A DNA stretch of 64,000 nucleotides from Treponema sp. (GTDB lineage: Bacteria; Spirochaetota; Spirochaetia; Treponematales; Treponemataceae), in assembly GCA_004554075.1 (NCBI GenBank), contig SFOB01000001.1:46155-110154 (forward strand). Direction: 5' to 3'. Position numbers and translations under genes: made by a program. A model generated the notes under the pieces. That model was not told the origin of the DNA, did not search any database, and was given only the letters and a program-made list of their open reading frames with translations. Shown in pieces: positions 27,505-36,352 of the stretch. Each line of letters starts with the position of its first letter. The first letter of the stretch is position 1.

Positions 27505-30500
27505 ATGGAAATCGTAATCGCAATTCTCTTTTCTACAGTCATTTCGATGGGAGTGTCGCTCTACTTCCGCATGCTTGCTAAAAAAGATGACCCTCTGGAA
27601 CGAATCAACAAATTTGCGAACAAGAAAACAAACGAACTTAACGAAGCCTTCGGTAAGATTCAGACCAGATTCAATACGATTATTTCAGACTTCAATGCTC
27701 AGCAGACTCAGGCAAATGCGGCTGTAAAATTACTTAAACAGCAGAACGAGGAATTTAATTCAAAGCTCCAGACTTTTGATCAAAGTATCAGCGCTGTAAA
27801 AAACATTAAGGCTCAGATTGATGCTTACTCAAAGATTCTTGGAGAACTCAACGATATGACAGCCCAGGTTGAAGAAAACCTGGAAAGGCTGCATAAGGAA
27901 AGCGGTGTTATCACTACTCTTGATGGAAGACTTTCTAAACAGCAGCAGCAGATTTCTTCAATTGAAAAGAAGATTCCTGAAATTACAAAAGAATTCTCAG
28001 AAAAAAATGCAGACCAGCTCAAGGCTGTTGGAACTACTCTTATTGAAAACTACGAAAGCCGCGCACAGAAGCTGGCAAGCGACATCAAAGGCTCTCAGAG
28101 CGAAGCAGAAAAGGCTCTTGGAGAAATCAAGCAGAGCATTCAGGAGGCTTACAATCAGGCTGCCCTTAGTGCCGAAAAGCTTGAAAATACTGCCTTTGAA
28201 CACCTTAGTGAACAGGCTCAGCAGAGAACAGACAAATACCTCAAGGAACTTAATGCACAGACTGAAGACTTGCAGAAGGAACTTGAAAAACAGACTCTGG
28301 CAATCAGAAATGATATTAATAACAGAACCGGTATTATTCATGATGAACTTGAAACAAAGGCTGCAGAGCTTACAAAAATGTTTGATGACAAGACTGCCGC
28401 AGCAACTGCTGCCTATAAGGAATCAGAAAATAAACTCCTTACTGATGCTAAGGCAAACCTTATAAAGATAAACGAAAAGTTCAATGAAAAACTTGGACAG
28501 CTTTCAGAAGCCTTTGCCGGAAAAGTGGATGCCCTTCAGACAAAGTACAACCAGCAGCTGGAAAGTATTGGTGGCCGCAACGATGGTATTATAGGAAAAA
28601 TTCAGGCCCGCTTTAATGAAGACAGCAACAAGCTTGAAGCAGAATACACAAAGCAGATGGAAAACATTCAGAAAAAGAATGAGGGTAACTACTCTGCCCT
28701 TTCCCAGAAGTTTGATGATGACTTCAAGAAATTCCAGGAAACTTATTCTAGCGCCTTTGAAAATGCAACTGCAACAAACAATAAAAAGGTAAATGAATTC
28801 AATCTTCTTTTTGTTGAAGAGCATAAAAAATTTGCAGACGAACATCAGCGCCTTATCAATGACTTTACAGAACTGCTTAATTCTTCTCAGGTTGAAAATG
28901 ACAGAAAGGTTTCTGAACTTAAAGAAAGCCAGGACCAGCAGCTTAACAATCTCAATGAGCTCTACAATTCTGAATATACAAAAATCAAAGAAGAATACCT
29001 TGGCCGCTTTGAAGGTCTTCAGGATGAATACTCTCAGCAGATTGACGGACTTCAGAATGTATTCGGCAACCGCATAGAAGAGCTTTCAAATACAGAAGAA
29101 GATTACAAGGCAAGAATTGAAGGCCTCCGCACTCAGCTGGAAACAAGCCTGCGTCAGTGCAACGAACGCTCAAGCAGCCTGCAGACTGAAATTTCAGACA
29201 TGCAGGAAAAGCTTTCTGAAACATTAAAGCAGGTTGCTTCTGAGGCAACTACATCAGTTCAGAATGCAGAAGCTTCTGTACAGGCAATCAAGAGCCAGTG
29301 TGATGAAGCAGAAAGAAAAGCTGCAGAGCTCAAGCCTGAGCTGGAAGAAAAGATCAGTCAGATGAATATGAGTCTGGATAATGTTCAGAGCGAAACAATT
29401 TCTAAGCTGGAACGCCTCCAGAGTGCTACAGAAAACAAAATCGAAGAAATCTCAAGAGAAACTACTTCTAAGATTGATACTCTTCAGACTTCTGCAGACA
29501 ACCAGTTTGCCTCTATTTCTAAAGAAACCTCAGACAAATTTGAGGCTCTTCAGGATTCTACAGATAATAAGCTTGCAGCAATTCAGAAAGAAACTATTGC
29601 TAAAATCTCTTCTTTCCAGGAATCTTCAGAAAGTCAGATTGCCGCAATTCAAAAAGAAACTGCTGCAAAAATCGATTCACTTCAGAGCAACTCAGAAAAT
29701 CAGCTTGAAGCCATTCAGAAGGAAACTGCTCAGACACTCAAGTCTCTGCAGGGCGATACAGACAATCAGTACGAAACTTTCAAGAAAGAAACTCTTGCAA
29801 AAATCGAAGCCTTTAATAATGAAACAGAACGACAGCTCGAAGGCTACAAGGGCGACACTTCTGCCCGTCTGGACAACTTCCAGAACGAAACAAATGCCCG
29901 ACTGGAAAGCCTTACAAAGATTATTACAGATTCTGTACGTAAGGCTGTCAGCGAAAGCGAAGTTAAGCATCTTAATATTCTTGAAAATGTCGACAGCCAG
30001 CTCAATGCCTACAAAAAGGATATTGAATATAAGCTGTCTCAGATTCAGGTTTCTGAAAGTGATATTGATACTCTTGAAAAGAGCCTTAAAGCTGCCATGG
30101 CAGAAGTTCAGAACAGAATTCTCCGCGAATTCGAAGGCTTTACTACTAATCAGAAGCAGAAACACGAAGAGTTCAGCAATACTATTAAGGAAGATTCTGC
30201 AGAAATCGAGCAGAAGATCAGCGAAATCAACCGCTCACTCGACAGCCTCAAAGAAACTGCAACTGGCAGCATGAGTGCTAAGATTCAGGAATTTGAGTCT
30301 GAGTTCAACCAGATTCTTTCAACAAAGAGTAACGAAATTGACACTGACCTTGCAGAATGGAAACACAATCTTGATTCTAAACTTACAAGCATTTCCAACA
30401 CCTACGAGGATTCACGCAAAAAGGTTGAGGCAAAATATCTTGATGACTTTAAGACAGGAATTGAAGGTCTTCAGACAAGAGCTTCTGACCAGTACAACAA

Positions 30501-32151
30501 CATGGCCGCTGCTATTGAACGCACAAAGACCGAGATGCAGTCTTCAATCGATGAGATTCAGGATGTAGTTACCCGCTTCAAGAGTGATACAGATAATTCC
30601 ATCAACTCTCTTACAAAAGCTTCTGAAGCAGCCCTCAAAAAAGAAATTGAGCAGAACAAAGAGCTGGTACAGACCAGCCTTACAAAACTCCAGGAAGAAC
30701 TTCTTGGCGACCTCAAACTCTTTGAGGAATCTCTTAAGACAAGACAGGAAACAGGTTCTTCTTCTATTGATGCCGCTCTTGCAGAATTCAATACCTGGAA
30801 GCAGCAGCTTAAGAATCAGTTTGAAGATTCAGAAAGAATCTTTACAGATGACCTTAGTAAGTTCAAATCTTCAGCTGATGATAAGATCAAGGAAGAAGCT
30901 CAGAAGCTTTTGCAGAACATGAATGATTACGCTGTTGCAGTTCAGAATCAGCATAATGAATTGAATGACAAGATTGCTGATCTTCAGAATAAGACAGACG
31001 GTTCAATCAAATCATACGAAGAAAAATCTGCAGGTATTCTCAGCCAGATGAAAGAGACTTATAAGCAGATGCTGGATGAAGCAAAGAAGCGCCTTGCAGA
31101 ACAGGATGCAGCTGCTACTGAAAGAGCAGACATCTTTAAGAAAACCCTTAAAGAAGCAGAAGACAAAAATGCAGCAAGCCAGTCTGCATTTACTCTTAAA
31201 ATGCAGGACAATGCAAACCTTATTCAGACCCGCCTCGGCGAAATTGAAAAGGAAGTTCAGGATGTTAAATCAAATATCCAGAACTTTGAAACTGCAGACA
31301 AGATGCGCCGCCAGCTGGAAGCAAATGTTGCAGAACTCAACAATGCATTTACAAAGCTTAAGGGCTACGCAGATTCAGCTGATAAGATGAATGTTCAGTA
31401 CACTTCTATTTTGAAGATTAACGAAGAAATCAACCGCCAGCTTGCAGGAATTGAAGCACAGAAAAATCGTGTTGTTGGTCTTGAGCAGCAGTTCAACAAA
31501 ATGCTGGCCCTTTCAAACACAATTGATGAACGCATTCAGTCTTTGAATACAACTTCAGATGATCTTCAGTCTATGGAAGTTACAGTACGTAATTACAATG
31601 ACAGACTCCAGTATGTTACTGAACAGTACGAACGCCTTGAGAAAAAGGACGAAGTTATTAACCGCATCAAAACTGATGTTGATACCCAGTTCGAAAAACT
31701 CAAGGATCTTGAGCAGAGACTCACAAACTGTAACCGTCAGGCTGTTTCTCTTCCACAGGAAATCAAGGAAGTACAGAACAGCGTAGATAAGATTTTGCAG
31801 AATGGTCCTAAGATTACTGATGCAATCGGACGTCTTGAAAACCTGGATGCAATTATTGCAGATACAGACAAGAGAATTGAAGCCCTTAATTCTGTAACAA
31901 CAGGTATTAAGAAAACTGAGCTTGATCTGCAGGGACTTTCACGTGACGTTGATAAGAAGTTTGAAGTTCTCAACAAGATTACTCAGCAGGAAAGAGCAAA
32001 GACTCCGAATAAAAAGAGCAGCACAATTAATCCACAGATTAATGACAGCGTAAGACAGCTTAAGCGTCAGGGCTGGACAATTGCAGATATTGCAAAGCGC
32101 CTTGAGCTCACAGAAAACGAAGTTGATTTGATTCTTCAGTTACCTGAGTAG
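27505..32151 (+). CDS. Giant membrane-anchored coiled-coil protein (SpiroCoCo-like) with a C-terminal HTH-like motif
   Basis: N-terminal TM, about 1500 aa helical region, C-terminal LKRQGWTIADIAKRLELTENEVDLIL. Confidence 0.8.
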   Translation: MEIVIAILFSTVISMGVSLYFRMLAKKDDPLERINKFANKKTNELNEAFGKIQTRFNTIISDFNAQQTQANAAVKLLKQQNEEFNSKLQTFDQSISAVKNIKAQIDAYSKILGELNDMTAQVEENLERLHKESGVITTLDGRLSKQQQQISSIEKKIPEITKEFSEKNADQLKAVGTTLIENYESRAQKLASDIKGSQSEAEKALGEIKQSIQEAYNQAALSAEKLENTAFEHLSEQAQQRTDKYLKELNAQTEDLQKELEKQTLAIRNDINNRTGIIHDELETKAAELTKMFDDKTAAATAAYKESENKLLTDAKANLIKINEKFNEKLGQLSEAFAGKVDALQTKYNQQLESIGGRNDGIIGKIQARFNEDSNKLEAEYTKQMENIQKKNEGNYSALSQKFDDDFKKFQETYSSAFENATATNNKKVNEFNLLFVEEHKKFADEHQRLINDFTELLNSSQVENDRKVSELKESQDQQLNNLNELYNSEYTKIKEEYLGRFEGLQDEYSQQIDGLQNVFGNRIEELSNTEEDYKARIEGLRTQLETSLRQCNERSSSLQTEISDMQEKLSETLKQVASEATTSVQNAEASVQAIKSQCDEAERKAAELKPELEEKISQMNMSLDNVQSETISKLERLQSATENKIEEISRETTSKIDTLQTSADNQFASISKETSDKFEALQDSTDNKLAAIQKETIAKISSFQESSESQIAAIQKETAAKIDSLQSNSENQLEAIQKETAQTLKSLQGDTDNQYETFKKETLAKIEAFNNETERQLEGYKGDTSARLDNFQNETNARLESLTKIITDSVRKAVSESEVKHLNILENVDSQLNAYKKDIEYKLSQIQVSESDIDTLEKSLKAAMAEVQNRILREFEGFTTNQKQKHEEFSNTIKEDSAEIEQKISEINRSLDSLKETATGSMSAKIQEFESEFNQILSTKSNEIDTDLAEWKHNLDSKLTSISNTYEDSRKKVEAKYLDDFKTGIEGLQTRASDQYNNMAAAIERTKTEMQSSIDEIQDVVTRFKSDTDNSINSLTKASEAALKKEIEQNKELVQTSLTKLQEELLGDLKLFEESLKTRQETGSSSIDAALAEFNTWKQQLKNQFEDSERIFTDDLSKFKSSADDKIKEEAQKLLQNMNDYAVAVQNQHNELNDKIADLQNKTDGSIKSYEEKSAGILSQMKETYKQMLDEAKKRLAEQDAAATERADIFKKTLKEAEDKNAASQSAFTLKMQDNANLIQTRLGEIEKEVQDVKSNIQNFETADKMRRQLEANVAELNNAFTKLKGYADSADKMNVQYTSILKINEEINRQLAGIEAQKNRVVGLEQQFNKMLALSNTIDERIQSLNTTSDDLQSMEVTVRNYNDRLQYVTEQYERLEKKDEVINRIKTDVDTQFEKLKDLEQRLTNCNRQAVSLPQEIKEVQNSVDKILQNGPKITDAIGRLENLDAIIADTDKRIEALNSVTTGIKKTELDLQGLSRDVDKKFEVLNKITQQERAKTPNKKSSTINPQINDSVRQLKRQGWTIADIAKRLELTENEVDLILQLPE
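29392..29919 (+). repeat. 66-bp (22-aa) coding tandem repeat, about 8 units
   Basis: GAA-AC (Glu-Thr) at 29392, 29458, 29524, 29590, 29656, 29722 and 29788; Asp-Thr at 29854. Confidence 0.85.
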
Positions 32152-32152
32152 C

Positions 32153-32629
32153 CTAAAATCGTTCGAGCAGACACACAACCTGGGCTTCGACAGCTTCAGA
32201 TGTACCAACCGGCGGGAGCTTCTCGCCGGTTTTTGCTTTAACAAAGATTTGAGATTTATCCACGCCGAGTATGGCAGAAATGCTTTCAATTACTTCGCCG
32301 CGGTGCGGCAGGAACTTTGGTTTTTCAAGTTTGATAACACAGTCCAAATTTACAAGAGACCAGCCGGCAGCCTGCACGTCTTTCCATACAGCTCTCAAGA
32401 GATCCGCAGAATCGGCGTCCTTCCATTTAGCATCTTCCGGTGGAAAGTAAGAGCCTATATCGCCAAGGCCGGCAGCACCAAGCAGGGCATCTGTTATAGC
32501 ATGAAGAAGAACATCTCCATCAGAATGTCCGTCCTCCCCTTTTTCAAAATTAAATGTAACTCCACCAAGAATCAAACGGCGGCCTTCTACCAGGCGGTGA
32601 AGATCATAACCAAGTCCTACGCGAATCAT
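32153..32629 (-). CDS. ispF: 2-C-methyl-D-erythritol 2,4-cyclodiphosphate synthase
   Basis: GLGYDLHRL, GHSDGDVLLHAITDALLGA and VKAKTGE motifs. Confidence 0.97.
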   Translation of the reverse strand: MIRVGLGYDLHRLVEGRRLILGGVTFNFEKGEDGHSDGDVLLHAITDALLGAAGLGDIGSYFPPEDAKWKDADSADLLRAVWKDVQAAGWSLVNLDCVIKLEKPKFLPHRGEVIESISAILGVDKSQIFVKAKTGEKLPPVGTSEAVEAQVVCLLERF

Positions 32630-33369
32630 TTAAGTGCCTCCAGATCTGACGGATATGTTATTTTAATATTATTTACGTCGCCTTTAGTTACACGAACGCG
32701 GCCGCAGTAGGCGCCCCAGATTTCTGTGTCGTCTGTATATTCTTTACCATCAGCTGCTGCCTTGCCATGAGCTTCCAGCAGTTCCTTAAAGCGGAAGCAC
32801 TGGGGAGTCTGGACAGCAGTAAGATGGCTGCGAACAAGGTGCCGGGTAATAAAACCATCGGCGTCAATTTCCTTCTGGGTATCAGTTGGTGTAACACCTG
32901 GTACAGAAGCTCCGAACTCTACGGCAGCATCAAGGGCTTCTATAATAACTTCCCGGCTTACAAAAGGTCTTGCCCCGTCGTGAATCAAAACAATATCAGG
33001 ATTTCCAGTTACAGCAAGCAGGCCATTGTAAACAGATTTCTGTCTTGTATCAGAGCCTTCAACAATCTGAAGCCCCCCCGTCATTGCGCCCTTCGACAGG
33101 CTCAGGAACCGCGAAGCGAAACAATCCATATTCCCCAGTGCCTCTCGACACTTCTCCACTCCCCCTACCGGACAAGTCACAATAAAATCTGTGATTTCAA
33201 AATCTTTACATGCGTTTAAAAAAGTTTCAGCACAGACCGAAAGGACTGTGCCGTTCTTAAAAGGAAGATATTCTTTTTTAATTCCGCCACCGATTCTTGT
33301 AGAAGAACCGGCCGCAGTAATTATAATTGCAATTTTAGAATGAATCGTCTTCGTCGTCAAAATCTTCAT
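32626..33369 (-). CDS. ispD: 2-C-methyl-D-erythritol 4-phosphate cytidylyltransferase with an in-frame palindromic insertion
   Basis: AAGSSTR, KEY, RQKSVYNGL, IHDGARPF, VQTPQ, TDD and KITYPSDL motifs; start overlaps the end of carD. Confidence 0.93.
   Translation of the reverse strand: MKILTTKTIHSKIAIIITAAGSSTRIGGGIKKEYLPFKNGTVLSVCAETFLNACKDFEITDFIVTCPVGGVEKCREALGNMDCFASRFLSLSKGAMTGGLQIVEGSDTRQKSVYNGLLAVTGNPDIVLIHDGARPFVSREVIIEALDAAVEFGASVPGVTPTDTQKEIDADGFITRHLVRSHLTAVQTPQCFRFKELLEAHGKAAADGKEYTDDTEIWGAYCGRVRVTKGDVNNIKITYPSDLEALK
33080..33127 (+). repeat. 48-bp nested palindromic element inside ispD
   Basis: GTCATTGCG[CCCTTCGACAGGCTCAGGAACC]GCGAAGCGAAACAATCC. Confidence 0.85.
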
Positions 33370-34003
33370 CCGCACCCATATCGTCAGCTGAATCATCTTC
33401 ATCATCAGAATCATCTGAGCCGCGTCTGTTATTTCCTTCTGAAAGATCATCCATCAAATCATCATCTTCATCATCATCAAGAATCATTGTATGCTTGATT
33501 TTTGGAGCAGCTCCAGGAGGTTCGAGCTTTGTATGAATTTCCTGCTCAATTTCTTTTGAAGATTTTCCAAGTGCAAAAGCAATCTCGTCTTCAAGAAGTT
33601 TCTTTGCTGAATCATAAAGCTTGCGCTCAAGAATAGGCAGTTCCTTAACTTTACTTCTGTTATAAAGACAGCGTACGATTGTTGCGATATCTTTTACAGT
33701 TCCCTTCTTAAGAAGGTCAAGGTTCATCTGATAGCGGAGTTTCCAGTCTGAAGTAATAGGTTCAAAATCATCTGAAAGAAGATTAAGTGCTTCCTGTGCT
33801 TCCTTAGCCGAAACAATCTGGCGGATTCCAAGGTTCTCTGCATTTTCAACCGGAACCATAACAACCATGTCAGAGGCTTCAATATAAATCTTATAGTAAA
33901 GGGTTGTCTGATCTTTAAAAGTCTTTTCAAAAACTTCCTTTACAATTCCTACACCCTGACTTGGGTATACAACCTTCTGGTTAATCTTAAATTTTTGTGC
34001 CAT
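33335..34003 (-). CDS. carD: CarD/CdnL-family transcription factor with an acidic tail
   Basis: VVYPSQGVG, VMVPVENAENLGIR and WKLRY motifs; carD-ispD-ispF order. Confidence 0.92.
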   Translation of the reverse strand: MAQKFKINQKVVYPSQGVGIVKEVFEKTFKDQTTLYYKIYIEASDMVVMVPVENAENLGIRQIVSAKEAQEALNLLSDDFEPITSDWKLRYQMNLDLLKKGTVKDIATIVRCLYNRSKVKELPILERKLYDSAKKLLEDEIAFALGKSSKEIEQEIHTKLEPPGAAPKIKHTMILDDDEDDDLMDDLSEGNNRRGSDDSDDEDDSADDMGADEDFDDEDDSF

Positions 34004-34009
34004 ATTTAT

Positions 34010-34038
34010 AATATATCACAAAATTACAAAAAATTCAA
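34010..34038 (-). promoter_or_regulatory. Sigma70 promoter of carD (leaderless transcript)
   Basis: TTGAAT-N17-TATATT with TGn extension, 6 nt before ATG. Confidence 0.65.
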
Positions 34039-34052
34039 ATATAGAGATTCTC

Positions 34053-34230
34053 TATAAAATCTAATGGGCTTCCGCTACAACGATTGCAAAAACTGCTCGC
34101 TCTCCCTTTTTTGTGTAAGAATCCTGCGGTTTTCGCAAGCGAAAATCCTCGGATTCTTTTTATGGCTAAACGCCAAAAAGCTCGAGAGGCAGTTTTGCAT
34201 CGTTTTCGCTCGCGCCCATTAGATTTTATA
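34053..34230. mobile_element. 178-bp MITE-like foldback element
   Basis: 17-bp perfect terminal inverted repeat TATAAAATCTAATGGGC; nearly the whole interior is self-complementary; TA at both ends. Confidence 0.65.
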
Positions 34231-34343
34231 CATCACTGTTTATTTTGTGATATTTATAAAAGCAAACGGAGGGTGATACATAATTGCAAACTTTGACATT
34301 TGTTGCTTAACTTTGCGATTTCTTGTATATTAGACGGACTTAT

Positions 34344-36305
34344 ATGACAGATTTTATTGAAAACACTGCAGATCAGACTGCAGACTCGACATTCACAGAA
34401 GACAAAATCGAAAACGAAACTCCAGACACTGTTACTTTTGAAGATTTAGGACTTGATGAATACACATTGAAAGCCGTTGAGAAGAAGGGCTTTGTTACTC
34501 CTTCACCTATTCAGGTGCTTGCTATCCCTCGCCTTCTCACCGGTGATACTAACCTCATTGCCCGTGCCCGCACTGGTACTGGTAAGACTGCAGCTTTTGG
34601 ATTACCTATCATTCAGAACGTACGCGGAAAGTCAGACCATGTAGAAGCTCTTATTCTTGAACCTACCCGCGAGCTTGCTGTTCAGACCTGTACAGAGATG
34701 CAGTCTTTTTCAACTGACGCTTATCCACGCACAACTGTTCTTTACGGCGGTGCTTCTTACGCAAATCAGATTAAAGATCTTAAGCGTGGCTGCGAAATTG
34801 TAGTTGGAACTCCAGGTCGTATCAAAGACCACATTGAACGCAAAACTCTGGACCTCAGCAAAATCAAATACTTCATTCTTGATGAAGGCGATGAAATGCT
34901 GGACATGGGCTTTATCGATGATATAGAAGAGATTTTCCGCCATGCTAACCCGGACTGCCGCATTCTCCTTTTCAGCGCAACCATGCCTGCCCCAATCTTA
35001 AAGATTGCCGGCGATTTTATGGGCGAGTACGACATTATCGAAGAGGAAAATGTAATTGACGAAGCTCTCCTCATCGACCAGAAATACTGGATTGTAAAAG
35101 AAAGTGAAAAGATTGAAGCCCTTGTCCGCCTCATCGACATTTCTCCTGATTTCTACGGTCTTGTATTTACAATGACTAAGTCTGATGCAGACCGTGTTAC
35201 CCGTGAGCTGGATCTCCGCGGTTATGAAGCGGCAGCCCTGCACGGAGACATCATGCAGAATCAGCGTGAAAAAGTTCTTGAACGCTTCCGCATGAAAAAG
35301 ACCCGCATTCTTGTTGCAACCGACGTTGCTGCCCGTGGTATTGATATCAAGGGTGTAAGCCATGTTGTAAACTACTCTCTTCCATTTGATACAGCAACTT
35401 ATGTTCACCGCATTGGTCGTACAGGCCGTGCCGGAACAGAAGGAATTGCAGTTACATTTGTTAGACCGGAAGAGCGCCGCAAGCTCGGCTTCCTTTCAAA
35501 GAATATCAAAAAGGCTACCAAGAGTGATTTTGAAGAAGGAAAGATTCCGGAAGTTAAAGAAGTTCTGGCCGTAAAGAATGAACGTGTTATTGCAGAACTC
35601 AAAGAAAAGCTATTTGTTGAAACTTCTCACGAGGATGGTACTACAACAACTTCTGTCCGCGAAAAGCTTTTGACTCAAAACTTTACAGACCTGGCCGCAG
35701 CCCTCTGCGAAAATCAGGATCCACAGCAGGTTTTAGCCGGAGTTCTTTCTATTGTATACGGTGACCAGCTTTCTACAAAGCATTACGGAAAAATCAATAC
35801 AAAATCAGCTGCCCCTCGCGGCGACCAGAAGCGTATTTTCATTTCTCTTGGAAAACGCGACGGTTACCATGCCCGAGAAATTGCAGAATACTTCAGCGAG
35901 CTGCTCCACATCCCTGGCCGCCTTGTAGACGACATTGATGTTGCACAGCAGTTCTCACTTGTAAGTCTTCCAATTGCTTCTGCACGTAAAGCTATTGAAC
36001 TCTCTAAGAGCAATAAGAAAATTCCTCATATGCATTATGATGATAAGGAAGAGGACCGTGGTTCACGCCGTTCCCGCAAAGCTGCTTTCGCAGAACGAGA
36101 TGGCCGCGAGGAAGGCTCTGGCCGCAGCGAACGCCCAGCCCGTGGTAGACGCGACACAGGCAAATCAGACAGAGCACCACGTGGCCGCCTGAACGCAAAG
36201 ACAAACAAGCCTAACGTTCACGCCCAGACAGAACGCTCTTCTTCACGCAAAAGCGGCGGCGCTGCTGCTTACAAGAAGTCGAACAAAAAGGCCGAACGCT
36301 TCTAA
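34344..36305 (+). CDS. DEAD-box RNA helicase (CsdA/DbpA-like)
   Basis: Q motif, TGTGKT, PTRELA, DEGD, SAT and HRIGRTGR motifs; DbpA-like RNA-binding domain; basic tail. Confidence 0.95.
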   Translation: MTDFIENTADQTADSTFTEDKIENETPDTVTFEDLGLDEYTLKAVEKKGFVTPSPIQVLAIPRLLTGDTNLIARARTGTGKTAAFGLPIIQNVRGKSDHVEALILEPTRELAVQTCTEMQSFSTDAYPRTTVLYGGASYANQIKDLKRGCEIVVGTPGRIKDHIERKTLDLSKIKYFILDEGDEMLDMGFIDDIEEIFRHANPDCRILLFSATMPAPILKIAGDFMGEYDIIEEENVIDEALLIDQKYWIVKESEKIEALVRLIDISPDFYGLVFTMTKSDADRVTRELDLRGYEAAALHGDIMQNQREKVLERFRMKKTRILVATDVAARGIDIKGVSHVVNYSLPFDTATYVHRIGRTGRAGTEGIAVTFVRPEERRKLGFLSKNIKKATKSDFEEGKIPEVKEVLAVKNERVIAELKEKLFVETSHEDGTTTTSVREKLLTQNFTDLAAALCENQDPQQVLAGVLSIVYGDQLSTKHYGKINTKSAAPRGDQKRIFISLGKRDGYHAREIAEYFSELLHIPGRLVDDIDVAQQFSLVSLPIASARKAIELSKSNKKIPHMHYDDKEEDRGSRRSRKAAFAERDGREEGSGRSERPARGRRDTGKSDRAPRGRLNAKTNKPNVHAQTERSSSRKSGGAAAYKKSNKKAERF

Positions 36306-36352
36306 AAATCATTCGCTTTTTTCCATATTGTCGTTTATAATATAGAATTAAG

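Noticed and set aside
34084..34296. 70-aa ORF
   Set aside because: Lies mostly within the 178-bp palindrome; TTG start with no SD; likely spurious.
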